From: an uncultured Methylomirabilota bacterium
GTDB lineage: Bacteria; Methylomirabilota; Methylomirabilia; Methylomirabilales; 2-02-FULL-66-22
Assembly (NCBI GenBank): GCA_963845565.1
Contig: CAWJSJ010000005.1
Location: forward strand, 608,001 to 672,000
DNA length: 64,000 nt
Direction of reading: 5' to 3'
Positions 1 to 9,833 of this stretch are shown here, in pieces (position 1 is the first letter of the stretch; each line of letters starts with the position of its first letter). Position numbers and translations under genes: made by a program. Under the pieces are notes generated by a model. That model did not search any database, was not told the origin of the DNA, and saw nothing but the letters and a program-made list of their open reading frames with translations.

Positions 1-970
1 GCTTCCAAGGCACGATTTCCTCAGCTATTGCCTCTTTGTGACGTTCTTTCCACACCTCATTGCCGGACCGATCGTCCGTCCCAAGGACCTGCTCCCGCAG
101 TTCACGCGGCCCCAAACCTTTGCGCCGTCCTCCGAGAACTTGGCGACCGGGCTGTTCATCTTCGCCATTGGCCTCTTCAAGAAAGTCGTCGCCGCCGACA
201 CCTTCGGGGGGTGGGTCGGCCCCATCTTCGATGTCGTGCCGGCGGTGCCCTTCAGCGATGCCTGGGGCGCGGCCCTGGCCTTCACGCTGCAGATCTATTT
301 CGATTTTTCGGGCTATTCCGATATGGCGGTCGGCCTGGCCCTGATGCTGAACATCCGCTTGCCGGAAAACTTCGAGTCGCCGTACAAGGCAACCAGCATC
401 ATCGACTTCTGGAGACGCTGGCATATTACGCTCTCCACCTTTCTGCGCGACTTCGTCTTTTTTCCTTTCGGCGGCCTCCATCGGAGCGCGATTCGGCGGT
501 ACGTCGTTCTCGGCCTCACGATGCTCCTCTGCGGTTTGTGGCACGGTGCCAACTGGACCTTCGTTGTGTTTGGCGGCCTGCACGGCGCGTACCTGATCAT
601 CAATCACCTGTGGCGAACCCTGAAGATCGATCTGCCGAAGGTCCTCTGCTGGCTCATCACCTTCGTCGCCGTCGTGGCGTCCTTCGTTTTCTTCAGGGCC
701 CAGACGTTTGCGCGTGCCGGGGTCATCCTCCGCGGGATGGCAGGAGTACACGGCTTTGCGTTTAACGCGACGGCGTACTCGCTGGGCAGGCAGAGATTCA
801 AGCGACTCGTGCTCGGGCTGCTCGTGGTCACCTTGTGTCCCAATCGTCAGCAGATAACACAGTGGACGTGGCGAAGTGACCTCCTCTATGCGGCCGCCTT
901 TGCCCTGCTGGCGGGATTGAGCATCCTGCGGCTCGGCAACCCCTCTCCCTTCTTGTACTTCCAGTTCTGA
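1..970 (+). CDS. MBOAT family O-acyltransferase (AlgI/DltB-like), 5' end outside the window
   Basis: Motifs FFPHLIAGPI, QIYFDFSGYSDMA, DFWRRWHITLS, GLWHGANWTF and C-terminal FLYFQF. Confidence 0.93.
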   Translation, partial: LPRHDFLSYCLFVTFFPHLIAGPIVRPKDLLPQFTRPQTFAPSSENLATGLFIFAIGLFKKVVAADTFGGWVGPIFDVVPAVPFSDAWGAALAFTLQIYFDFSGYSDMAVGLALMLNIRLPENFESPYKATSIIDFWRRWHITLSTFLRDFVFFPFGGLHRSAIRRYVVLGLTMLLCGLWHGANWTFVVFGGLHGAYLIINHLWRTLKIDLPKVLCWLITFVAVVASFVFFRAQTFARAGVILRGMAGVHGFAFNATAYSLGRQRFKRLVLGLLVVTLCPNRQQITQWTWRSDLLYAAAFALLAGLSILRLGNPSPFLYFQF

Positions 971-979
971 GCGACAGAC

Positions 980-2119
980 ATGACACGCCCCGGTCGTCGA
1001 CTCCGTTACATGCTCCTCTTCCTGTTACTCGGCGTGACCGCCGCCGCCGGGGTCAACCGGATCGCCAACCCCTTCGGTATCTGGCGCAGCTTTACCGTGG
1101 ACAAGAGTTACCTCAAGGAGATCAAAGCACCCCGCGTCTCCATGCCGTACCGGCTCCGAAGAGAACAGCCGTCGACCCTGATCGTCGGCAGCTCTCGTGC
1201 TCTCGACGGTATGCCCATAGAGTACGGGCATCGGGACGGCGTCTTGAACGCCAGCCTTCCTGGCGCGACGCTCGATGAGATCGCGTTCATCATCAAGGTG
1301 GCCATCGAACGCTCGAGGCCGACACGCCTGATCTGGGGAGTGGATTTCTACGCATTCGATGAGAACCAGGCGGGCTTCCGCGATTCGGAAACGCGCTCAC
1401 GGCTCGAAGGGGATACACGCCTTCTGATCGTGGAGTCCCTGTTGAGCATGGAGACGTTTGAACTCAGCCGCAAGCTTCTCGCGAGAGCCATCGCCGGACA
1501 GAAAGGGCTCTCACCGGAGAGAGAGCTGCCGGTACCCTGGTCGGAACAGGATATTCGGGCATCCATCGAGGATCCTGGAAAAATCGGTCTGGACCGCAGG
1601 GACAGGGTGGCGATCACGGCGAGTCTCAAGACGTGGACGGACCTGTACTCCAACTACCGGTTCTCTGACCGACTCTTCGCGCTGTACCGCAGTGCGGTGG
1701 CCCATGCCAGGCAGGCGGGGATCGAGGTGATCTTGTATGTCCCCCCCCTGAACCGATACGAACTGGAGATCATCCGGCAAACGGGCCGGTGGGAGACCTT
1801 TCAGCGGTGGAAGCGCCAACTGCTCACCGTGGGACCCTATTGGGATTTCTCCGGGTATAACGAACTCTCCCGATCGGACCCCTTGTTCTCGGATCCTGTC
1901 CACTTCAAACCCGTTGTCGGCCACGCGATCCTTCGTCAGATCCTCGGCAAAGGTTGTGCTGAGTGCGGGGACAGGGCCCAGGTGGTCGCCGATGCGGGCG
2001 TGTGGGTCAGCGCCGAAACCGTGGATCGGCATCTCGCCGCGCAAACCCTGGACGGCTTTTCCCCGGCGCAGCCGGATCTCCGGTATTCCACGTTGGTGGA
2101 AGGGGTCTTGCGCCAGTAA
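980..2119 (+). CDS. Membrane-anchored SGNH-like partner of the MBOAT (AlgJ/DltD-like)
   Basis: N-terminal TM helix, IVGSSR block-I-like motif, C-terminal DPVH (DxxH); 9 bp downstream of the MBOAT. Confidence 0.65.
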   Translation: MTRPGRRLRYMLLFLLLGVTAAAGVNRIANPFGIWRSFTVDKSYLKEIKAPRVSMPYRLRREQPSTLIVGSSRALDGMPIEYGHRDGVLNASLPGATLDEIAFIIKVAIERSRPTRLIWGVDFYAFDENQAGFRDSETRSRLEGDTRLLIVESLLSMETFELSRKLLARAIAGQKGLSPERELPVPWSEQDIRASIEDPGKIGLDRRDRVAITASLKTWTDLYSNYRFSDRLFALYRSAVAHARQAGIEVILYVPPLNRYELEIIRQTGRWETFQRWKRQLLTVGPYWDFSGYNELSRSDPLFSDPVHFKPVVGHAILRQILGKGCAECGDRAQVVADAGVWVSAETVDRHLAAQTLDGFSPAQPDLRYSTLVEGVLRQ

Positions 2120-2297
2120 GATTGCCGCCACTTTTCGTCGCCGAGGAGGGCTTTCTTCACCTCCAGGTTTTGGTCACGATGCCGCACCGGCGCATGCGGG
2201 CGGCTCGTCGTGAACTAGCGCTGGCATTCACGGATGGGTTCGACTACCATTCAAAGAGAACCAATCGGACGGGGCCGGTCAGGCAAGGAGGTGCCGG

Positions 2298-3221
2298 ATG
2301 GGACTCTTTGGGTGGTTGGCCAGCCATTGGACGCCGGCGTATGAATACCGCGAGTACTATGGGAACGAAGTGGAGTACATCGCCTGGGAATCCGCCACGA
2401 CGGGGAGCCGATGGGGATTCCTGCTGGGTGTTCCCGTTGGCGGACTGGTGGCGGTGGCGGTCATCGGTGGCGCGGTGATGACCGGCCTGTACACCCCGCC
2501 CCTCCCCACGGCGGCATCGAGAGAGGCACAGCGCGACGCTGCGGCGTCGCAAGCCGCCAGCGAGGCGTTGAACACCCTCTGGCAAGAGAACCAGGAACTG
2601 AAGAAACAACTGGGGAGCGCCACGGTGGCCGCGACCTGCCCGCCGTGCCGTCCCCAGGCCGTCACCAAAGAACCGCCTCAACCGCAGGCGGTCGCGTCGA
2701 CATCCCAGCCCTCGAAACACGGGATGACGAAAGCCGCCGCCGCGCCGAAAACGGGCGGCGCGGCTGCGGGCAGCGAGGCCGCCCAGCCGTCAACTTCCCA
2801 GCGGGTGGGGACGCCGTCCCGCGTGGTCCCGGCGCCGACCGCAACCGCATCGGCGCCTGCCACGACGATGGAGATCGCCCCACGCGCAGCGACGTTCGGC
2901 ATGGCGATGGTCGACGTGCGTACGTCCCAGGGCCAGTTCGTTCCGGGGGTGCCGATCGCCTTCCGGTTCTTGGATGGAAGCAGTCAACCGGTTGGTGGCG
3001 CGACGGTGGCCACGAACCCCTCCGGACGGGCCACGGCAACGATTCCTGCGGGAACGTCCTGCGCGGAATTTCACCTCCCGTCGGAGTATGTCAGGGCCGG
3101 ACGCGTCAAGCCGGAGATTTCCGCGGCCACGGGCCTTCCGCTGGCGCCGGGTGTGTTCAAGACGTGCGGCGAGATTCTCACGCACCCAAACGGCATTCTC
3201 GGGGTGTTTACGATCGACTGA
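2298..3221 (+). CDS. Hypothetical membrane protein (TM, coiled coil, Ala/Pro/Thr linker, beta-rich C-terminal domain)
   Basis: Strong SD AAGGAGGT before the ATG; 307 aa ORF with plausible domain layout. Confidence 0.7.
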   Translation: MGLFGWLASHWTPAYEYREYYGNEVEYIAWESATTGSRWGFLLGVPVGGLVAVAVIGGAVMTGLYTPPLPTAASREAQRDAAASQAASEALNTLWQENQELKKQLGSATVAATCPPCRPQAVTKEPPQPQAVASTSQPSKHGMTKAAAAPKTGGAAAGSEAAQPSTSQRVGTPSRVVPAPTATASAPATTMEIAPRAATFGMAMVDVRTSQGQFVPGVPIAFRFLDGSSQPVGGATVATNPSGRATATIPAGTSCAEFHLPSEYVRAGRVKPEISAATGLPLAPGVFKTCGEILTHPNGILGVFTID

Positions 3222-3400
3222 CGGTTGCGGCGCCCCGTTTGGGGAATGGCTTCACAGGCCACGAGTCGTGGAGGCGCAGCCGAAACCGGACAAGAGGATT
3301 CGCGAATGATGGGGGAACCGACCCGTATCCCGGCCGATGATTCCTGGCTCACCCGACGTCGCAGGCGCCCGGAAGGGTGGCTCTGCGATCGGCTGGACCC

Positions 3401-3781
3401 ATGAGCGTCGAAGCGGCGGCCCTGGCCGAGGCAGGGGACAGGCGTGTGATGCCGCGGACGACGCTGGCCGAGCGGCCCGTCGCGTGGGTGCGCGGAATGC
3501 GCGAGGTCCGCCTCCTCGACCTCAGCCGCACGGGCGCGCAAATCGAGCACCTCGATCTCCTGCGGCTTCGCACGCCCTGCCACCTCGAACTCCCGCCGCT
3601 CTTCGGGGCGTTGATCCTCCCGGCCCACGTGGTCTGGTGTGCCGTGATCGGTCGAAAACGCACGCTCGGGGGCGAGTCGTTCCTGCGGTCCCGGAGCGGC
3701 CTCCAGTTCACGGCCCTCACCGTCGCCCAGCACGCGGCCCTGGCCGACCTCCTCCATTTGCAGTCGGCCCCCATTGGGTAA
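3401..3781 (+). CDS. PilZ domain protein
   Basis: RRVMPR (RxxxR) and DLSRTG (DxSxxG) c-di-GMP-binding motifs. Confidence 0.75.
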   Translation: MSVEAAALAEAGDRRVMPRTTLAERPVAWVRGMREVRLLDLSRTGAQIEHLDLLRLRTPCHLELPPLFGALILPAHVVWCAVIGRKRTLGGESFLRSRSGLQFTALTVAQHAALADLLHLQSAPIG

Positions 3782-3927
3782 CGTGTTGTTCCGCGAGCGG
3801 CTTTCCATCGGTGACGAGGAAGGGGACGGGGCCCCCGCCGGCTTCTCAACGCTTGCCGAAAGGGCCTTCGGCCGATAGAATAAAGCGGATTGACCGGATC
3901 ACACCGTGCGTGCGTGAGGTAGACGCA

Positions 3928-4761
3928 ATGGGGCCAAACGTGCCGGAAACGACCGCAAAGCGGTCCATCGTCTTCGTGGACAATGACCGCTTCTTCCTGG
4001 AAGCCCTGACCGACTTTCTGGGCGAGAAGGGGTTCTCCGTGCACACGGCGCAGGACGGCCTCGAAGCGCTGTCCGTTATCCGGGAGGTCATGCCGGATTA
4101 TATCCTTCTGGATATCGTGATCCCCAAGATCGACGGCGGTCGGGTGTGTGCGGCGATTCGCCAGGATGACCGGCTTCGGCATATCCCGATCATTGCTTTC
4201 TCGGGGCTCAGCCCCCAGGACTACCACCTCTTTCCCGGCTTGCAAGCGGATGCCTATGTTGCCAAGGGGCCCCTCACGACCGCCCTGGAAAACATCCTCC
4301 AGGTCATCAGACGGTTCGAAGAGGAGGGGCGGGAGAACGCGGAAGGGCAAGTCCTCGGGTACGAGAACTTCAGGCCCCGGCAACTCGTCAATGAATTGCT
4401 CCTGGAGCGGCGCCACCTGGCCGCCATCCTGAGGGCGTTCGGTCTCGGGGTGCTGGAGTTGAACCGCGATGGCCGAATCGTCATGGTAAACGCCAGGGCG
4501 TGTGAGGTGCTCGAGGAAAAGGAGGGGTTGCTGGTCGGGGAGCTCTTCTCGTCACTGTTTCCACATTCTTACCAGTCGGGCGTTCAGGAAATCCTGACCG
4601 ACCTCGTGCGCTCCCCGGAGCCAGCCCACTTCCAGACAAAGCTGCACCTCGGCGGCGTCGAGATCCCGATCCGGATGGCCGCGATTGTGGAAGAGAAGGA
4701 ATGCACCGGCCTTCTCGTGACGCTGGAAGAAAAAGAGTCCCGACCCGAGGGCAGGTCGTGA
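3928..4761 (+). CDS. Response regulator (REC) with C-terminal PAS domain
   Basis: IVFVDND, ILLDIVIPKIDG, YVAKG; PAS-like LNRDGRIVMVN; SD GAGGT. Confidence 0.85.
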   Translation: MGPNVPETTAKRSIVFVDNDRFFLEALTDFLGEKGFSVHTAQDGLEALSVIREVMPDYILLDIVIPKIDGGRVCAAIRQDDRLRHIPIIAFSGLSPQDYHLFPGLQADAYVAKGPLTTALENILQVIRRFEEEGRENAEGQVLGYENFRPRQLVNELLLERRHLAAILRAFGLGVLELNRDGRIVMVNARACEVLEEKEGLLVGELFSSLFPHSYQSGVQEILTDLVRSPEPAHFQTKLHLGGVEIPIRMAAIVEEKECTGLLVTLEEKESRPEGRS

Positions 4762-4943
4762 GGGGATCGCGCCCGGGCGAGCGCGCCCGGGCATCCGCGT
4801 CGGCGACCCGGGTCGCGGCCTTCAGCTAGGACGTATCAGGGGAAGCGATGTGAGGCCGGTCCACCGCGTTCGGTGGCCGGCCTTCTGTGCTGTAATGGAC
4901 CGGGGTATCACCCCAGGAGCGGCACCAAGAGATGGGTTCAGGA

Positions 4944-5627
4944 ATGGCAGGGCGAGTTGCGTTCCTCTTTGACATGGATGGGACGATTGCGGACACCATG
5001 CCGTTTCACCTTCAGGCGTGGATGGAACTTCTGCCCGAGCTCGGCGTCCGGATGGCGCCCGAGGAGTTCCTCCGGAAAACCAGCGGCAAGATGAACCATC
5101 AGATCCTCCGCGAGGTGCTCGGGATCCCGGTCTCCGATGAAGATCTCGAGGTGTTCGACGCGCGGAAGGAGTCGCTGTTCCGCACGCTCTGCCGTCCGTC
5201 TCTGAGGCCGATCGGCGGCCTGATGGGGTTTCTCACCGACGCACGACGGCAGGGCATCCGGATGGCTGTGGCCACCGCCGCGGGGAAGGCCAATCGGGAG
5301 TTCACCCTGAACGGTCTCGGCATCACGGCGTACTTCGACGCCGTGGTCGGGGCCGAGGACGTGCGCAGCGGAAAGCCGAACCCCGAGATCTTCCTGCGGG
5401 CTGCGGAGCGCGTGGGGGCGACGCCGTCCGCCTGCGTGGTCTTTGAAGACGCGCTGTCCGGCGTCGAGGCCGCAGCGCGGGCCGGCATGAAGGCTGTCGC
5501 CCTGACCACGAGCCTGCCCGCAGGGGAATTCGCGGGGCATCCGGCCGTGATTCGGATTGCCGATGACTACACGTCGCTCCGCCCGCAGGCACTCTTGCGG
5601 GCGGCGCGGGACCCGAAACCGGCATGA
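4944..5627 (+). CDS. HAD family phosphatase (beta-phosphoglucomutase-like)
   Basis: FDMDGT, GKPNPEIF, VFEDALSG motifs. Confidence 0.9.
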   Translation: MAGRVAFLFDMDGTIADTMPFHLQAWMELLPELGVRMAPEEFLRKTSGKMNHQILREVLGIPVSDEDLEVFDARKESLFRTLCRPSLRPIGGLMGFLTDARRQGIRMAVATAAGKANREFTLNGLGITAYFDAVVGAEDVRSGKPNPEIFLRAAERVGATPSACVVFEDALSGVEAAARAGMKAVALTTSLPAGEFAGHPAVIRIADDYTSLRPQALLRAARDPKPA

Positions 5628-5716
5628 CCGGATCCGTTGTTCCGGGCCATGTCGGAAATCTCCGATTGGGCGGACGACCTCCGTGGATCGCTCCGGCCGG
5701 ATTGGCGTGACGAGCC

Positions 5717-6400
5717 GTGCCTCCCCGAGCTGAATTCTGTGCCGGCATTCGAGTCGCCCTGCCGCTCCTGATCGGCGTGGCTCCCTTCGGGATGATTTAC
5801 GGCGTGCTGGCTCTCGGCGCGGGCCTGTCGGCGGGGGTCGCCCAGGCCATGTCGGTGATCGTCTTTGCCGGCTCGGCGCAGTTTGTGATGACGCAACTGA
5901 TCGGCCTGGGTACGCCCTGGGGCGTGATCGTCCTGACGGCGTTCGTGGTCAACGTGCGGCACGTCCTGTACAGCGTCTCCATCGCGCCGCATCTTCGGCC
6001 GCTGCCCGCTTCCTGGAAAGCCCTCTTGTCCTACCTGCTGACCGATGAAGCGTATGCCGTCGTCATCACGCGGTACCACCATCACACCGCCGGAAAACAC
6101 CAGCACTGGTTCTTTCTGGGCGCCGGGTTGACGCTGTGGTGCGGATGGCAGGTCAGCACGGCGGCCGGCGTGATGCTGGGCGGGCAACTCCCCGCGTGGT
6201 GGTCCCTGGATTTCACCATGCCCCTGATCTTCATCGCACTGGTGACACCCCTGGTGAGTGACCGCGCAGGGCTGACAGCGGCGCTGACGGCAGGCGGTGT
6301 GGCGATGCTGGCAGCCGCGCTGCCGCTGAAACTGGGGTTGGTTGCGGCGGCAATCGCGGGGGTCCTTGGCGGCCTGGCGGTGGAATGGCGTCGGCAATGA
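5717..6400 (+). CDS. azlC: AzlC family branched-chain amino acid exporter
   Basis: VFAGSAQF, NVRHVLY, LTDEAYA motifs. Confidence 0.9.
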   Translation: MPPRAEFCAGIRVALPLLIGVAPFGMIYGVLALGAGLSAGVAQAMSVIVFAGSAQFVMTQLIGLGTPWGVIVLTAFVVNVRHVLYSVSIAPHLRPLPASWKALLSYLLTDEAYAVVITRYHHHTAGKHQHWFFLGAGLTLWCGWQVSTAAGVMLGGQLPAWWSLDFTMPLIFIALVTPLVSDRAGLTAALTAGGVAMLAAALPLKLGLVAAAIAGVLGGLAVEWRRQ

Positions 6401-6718
6401 ACCTCTGGGTGATGTTCCTCCTGGTCGGGCTCCTGACGTACGCGTTACGCCTCTCGTTCGTTTTCTTGCAGGGCCGCGTGGAGATGCCGTCGTGGTTCCC
6501 GCGCGCCTTGCGTTTCGTACCCATCGCGGTCCTGTCCGCCCTGATCGCGCCCGAGTTGTTTCACCCCGGCGGAGTGCTGGACGTCTCGTTGGGCAATGCC
6601 AGGCTGCTGGCTGGGCTGCTGGCGATCGGCGTGGCCTGGCGCACGCGGCGAGTGGGGGTCACCATCGGCGTCGGGGATGGCGGCCTTGCTGGCCCTCCAG
6701 ATCGTCTGGGGGCGCTGA
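6397..6718 (+). CDS. azlD: AzlD family protein, probable extra G at ~6673-6676
   Basis: TYALRLSF, LRFVPIAVLSAL; ATGA overlap with azlC; removing one G gives the natural end GVGMAALLALQIVWGR-stop. Confidence 0.85.
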
Positions 6719-6761
6719 GGACGCGCCCGGATACGGCGCGATGGCGTGCGCGCGATTACCC

Positions 6762-6790
6762 TTGACAAGGGGTGTGAAACCCCGTAGTGT
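6762..6790 (+). promoter_or_regulatory. Sigma70-type promoter upstream of rpsU
   Basis: TTGACA-17 bp-TAGTGT. Confidence 0.7.
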
Positions 6791-6830
6791 CTCTCCCGAC
6801 AGTGTGGTTCACACGGTTTGACCAGTTACG

Positions 6831-6865
6831 ACGCCGAGAGGAACCAACCTCGCGGCGTTTTTTTT
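6831..6865 (+). terminator. Intrinsic terminator-like hairpin in the rpsU leader
   Basis: ACGCCG-A-GAGG / CCTC-G-CGGCGT stem followed by a run of 8 T. Confidence 0.65.
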
Positions 6866-6896
6866 CGGTCGCGATGAGCGTTATCACGGGGGGTGC

Positions 6897-7178
6897 ATGG
6901 CCTTTGAAGACGGACAGCATGGGGACGCCGGGGGCTTCGATGGAAGATCGGTCGTTCGCCATCGTCCGCTGGAAGTGACCGTGGGGGAGCGCGGCGTGGA
7001 GGGGGCGCTTCGGCTCTTCAAGCGATTGGTCCTCCGCGACGGAATTCTCCGGGATGTGAAGCGGCATGCACATTACGAAAAGCCCGGCGACCGCCGGCGT
7101 CGTAAGATCCGGGAATCGGCCCGACGGCTCCGGAAACAACGGGTGCGCGCTCTGCAACGGGGGGAACAGGTTGATTAG
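6897..7178 (+). CDS. rpsU: 30S ribosomal protein S21 with N-terminal extension
   Basis: VEGALRLFKR...GILRDVKRHAHYEKPGDRRRRK. Confidence 0.9.
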   Translation: MAFEDGQHGDAGGFDGRSVVRHRPLEVTVGERGVEGALRLFKRLVLRDGILRDVKRHAHYEKPGDRRRRKIRESARRLRKQRVRALQRGEQVD

Positions 7179-7304
7179 GCGCTGAGGCACGGATGTCTCA
7201 GCCCGATCGTGGTACGAGCGGATCCACGACGGAAGGCGACGCAGTGCTCGCCGCTCGACGGACGAGAGTGCCTCGCACCTGCGAGGCGAAAGGGGTTTCA
7301 GGTC

Positions 7305-7634
7305 ATGGGAACGAGATTGTATGTAGGGAATCTGCCGTTTGACGTGGACGAAACGCAGCTCCGCACGCTCTTTCAGGAGGGCGGACGGGAAGTGACCGAG
7401 GTGAAGATGATCACGGATCGCGAGACGGGGCGCCCGCGCGGCTTCGCCTTCGTCGAGATGGCGAGCCAGGAGCATGCCCAGGCCGCGATCAACGCGATGA
7501 ACGGCAAGGAAGTAGGCGGACGAGCGTTAACCGTGAACGAGGCACGCGAGCAGGCCCCGCGCGGCGGCGGCGGCGGCGGTTACCGCAGCGGCGGTGGCGG
7601 CGGCGGATACGGCGGCGGGCGACGCGGGTACTAG
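7305..7634 (+). CDS. RRM RNA-binding protein with Gly-rich tail
   Basis: RNP2 LYVGNL, RNP1 RGFAFVEM, GGGGY/R tail. Confidence 0.95.
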   Translation: MGTRLYVGNLPFDVDETQLRTLFQEGGREVTEVKMITDRETGRPRGFAFVEMASQEHAQAAINAMNGKEVGGRALTVNEAREQAPRGGGGGGYRSGGGGGGYGGGRRGY

Positions 7635-7909
7635 CATCCTGCCATAGGAAACGGTCGACCGTTTTTCCCGCGGCCGATCGGCCGGTTGGCTGTTTTAACC
7701 TCGGGCAGAGTCATGGATACGGGGCGGATCTTGGACGCGCGGTTATCACGCTGCGCGTCGGGGATCCGCCCTCTGTCTTTTTTGGCGCCGAACCTGCCGC
7801 AGGAACGCCGCGGCGCCGATCCCCTGGGAGCGGGCCGCCGCGCCCGGAAACACGACGAGCGTCGAGGTGATCCCCCGACGCTCGTGTGATAGCGGGCGAT
7901 ATCGAGCGG

Positions 7910-8647
7910 CTATCGCTGGCGATTCCGCCTCCAAGCGACGCCACCCAGTCCGATCAGGCCGGAGCCGAGGAGGAGCAGCGTGGCGGGTTCTGGGACGGGC
8001 GCAACCGGTTCCGTATTCACGAACATGCGAATTCCCCCCAGGCCACCACCGTCGATATATTCGAACCCTTTGTGGGAGAACGGGTGCACCCTGACCCCCT
8101 TTGGAGACAGGCGAGTAGTCGTTCGGCCGAAAAAGTATAACGGATCTCCAATGTCCGTGCTCACGGAAGGCATCTGCGCCTCAAACGCTTGTCCTGGGCC
8201 GCCCGGGCCGAAAACCAATGCATACCATCCAGGCCGAAGGGTTACCTCAAGATTCCCTGCGAAATCCCCAGAGGGCGCAGAGACGTGAATCATGGTTTTT
8301 CCAAGGACGTCCTTGGTCGTTAAATCGAATGAATTTGGAAAATCGAGTGACCCGGACAGTCTGACGATTGCGCCGACGATATCCGATTCGAGGCCGGGCT
8401 GGAACTCCGAAAAATACCCTCCGATGCTTCCCGTGGTTATCTGCGTGTCAACGTGAAACTTTACGCCGAGGGTCTGGTTGTACACAACCGAGTATCCGCC
8501 CGTCTGTCCTGTCGGGCCAAGCGTGGCGCTCTGATAGATCGGGAACGCCATTCCAGGCAACGGCAGCAAGACGGCCAGCAAGATGATGAGGGGCAGTACG
8601 AGCCAAGAAACCCGCGATCGTCCTGTGTGCTGGGTGAGGTGTGGCAT
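7910..8647 (-). CDS. PEP-CTERM sorting domain surface protein
   Basis: Signal peptide; C-terminal VPEPATLLLLGSGLIGLGGVAWRRNRQR; start codon uncertain. Confidence 0.88.
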   Translation of the reverse strand: MPHLTQHTGRSRVSWLVLPLIILLAVLLPLPGMAFPIYQSATLGPTGQTGGYSVVYNQTLGVKFHVDTQITTGSIGGYFSEFQPGLESDIVGAIVRLSGSLDFPNSFDLTTKDVLGKTMIHVSAPSGDFAGNLEVTLRPGWYALVFGPGGPGQAFEAQMPSVSTDIGDPLYFFGRTTTRLSPKGVRVHPFSHKGFEYIDGGGLGGIRMFVNTEPVAPVPEPATLLLLGSGLIGLGGVAWRRNRQR

Positions 8648-9209
8648 GTGCGGAAGTCTCCCTCGATGCCAAGAACCACTAAGACGGCCCCGTTCCCCGC
8701 GCGTTCGCACGAACCCTCATCGTTGCATGAATCCGAGCGCCCTGCCCGATTCGACCCCAGGTACCGACAGTTGTGCATGAAAAGACTGGGGACACCATAC
8801 TACGAGGCCAACGGGAACGTCAAGCCCATCCGGAGAAGCCCTTTCAGATGCACGGATCCGCGGAGAAAGAAGCCGCCCTGGCTACCAGAAGCAGGAAACG
8901 TGCCCAGCGAGCCGCAACATGGTTGCCCGTTCGCCTGATGGGCGCCCCCCAATGTTTTCGGGTAATTGCGCTGGAAGGGACGCCGAGGAGCCGCGAGGGC
9001 CGTTCCTTCCGCCCGTCCGAAGATGTCAATTCCCCGGACAGTGCGTGCAAACCTGTCGTCGGAGCACCGGTTTTTGCGTCATGCCGGCTTGCCGGCCGCC
9101 CTCGTCGGCTCGTCTGGTAGCAAGGCGTACGGGTGTGATATGGTATCGCTCGAAACCACAGATGGCACGGTGTCAAGTCAACCGCCGGGCGAACGAAGGG
9201 AGAAGAATC

Positions 9210-9692
9210 ATGGCCGACCTCGGGGCGTTTCACGCGCGTGGGCGATTTGGGAAAGTGGTGCCGGTGCGGCTGCGAACCGGGACGGACGTGATGGACGGGC
9301 TCAAGCAGGTCTGCGAAGCGAACGGGATTAAACAGGGTACGCTGCTGGCAGGGATCGGGAGCCTGCGAAAGATGACGTATCAGGTGCTGACACCGAAGCC
9401 CGAGACGAAGCTCGGCGCCGGCTACACCGAACCCCAGGTGGTGCCAGGCCCCGTGGAGATCGTCAACCTTCAAGGCGTGATCTTCCAGTCGGAAGAGGGA
9501 GAAACGCTGCTCCACGTCCACGGGACCTTCTCCGATAAAGATGGGAAGGTCTACGCGGGCCACGTAGTGGCGGGAGAGAACCCGGTGCTGGCCACGCTGG
9601 ACGGCCTCATCGTCGAGGTCGCCGACGTGAGGTTGATCCGGCGGATGGACGCCGAAGTGGGTCTAGGCTTGTACACCCCCGAACAACCGTGA
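9210..9692 (+). CDS. PPC/DUF296 domain protein
   Basis: VRLRTGTDV, GIGSL, EIVNLQG, HVHGTFSD, AGHV. Confidence 0.88.
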   Translation: MADLGAFHARGRFGKVVPVRLRTGTDVMDGLKQVCEANGIKQGTLLAGIGSLRKMTYQVLTPKPETKLGAGYTEPQVVPGPVEIVNLQGVIFQSEEGETLLHVHGTFSDKDGKVYAGHVVAGENPVLATLDGLIVEVADVRLIRRMDAEVGLGLYTPEQP

Positions 9693-9833
9693 GGCGTACC
9701 GGGCGACGGTGGAGGGTGCGGCCTTTCCTGTTGACACCCGTGTGTGGCATTGGGTAGCCTCCCCTCGCGTGCACCAGGGCGGCATCGCCTCTTTGCCTTA
9801 TCACGCTGCGACGACCGACGAAAGGCGGATTCC

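Noticed and set aside
3337..3927. N-terminal 197 aa of the 474-aa ORF
   Set aside because: Overlaps the PilZ gene in another frame; the REC protein has its own SD and ATG at 3928
7560..7620. GGC tandem repeat
   Set aside because: Encodes the normal Gly-rich tail of the RRM protein
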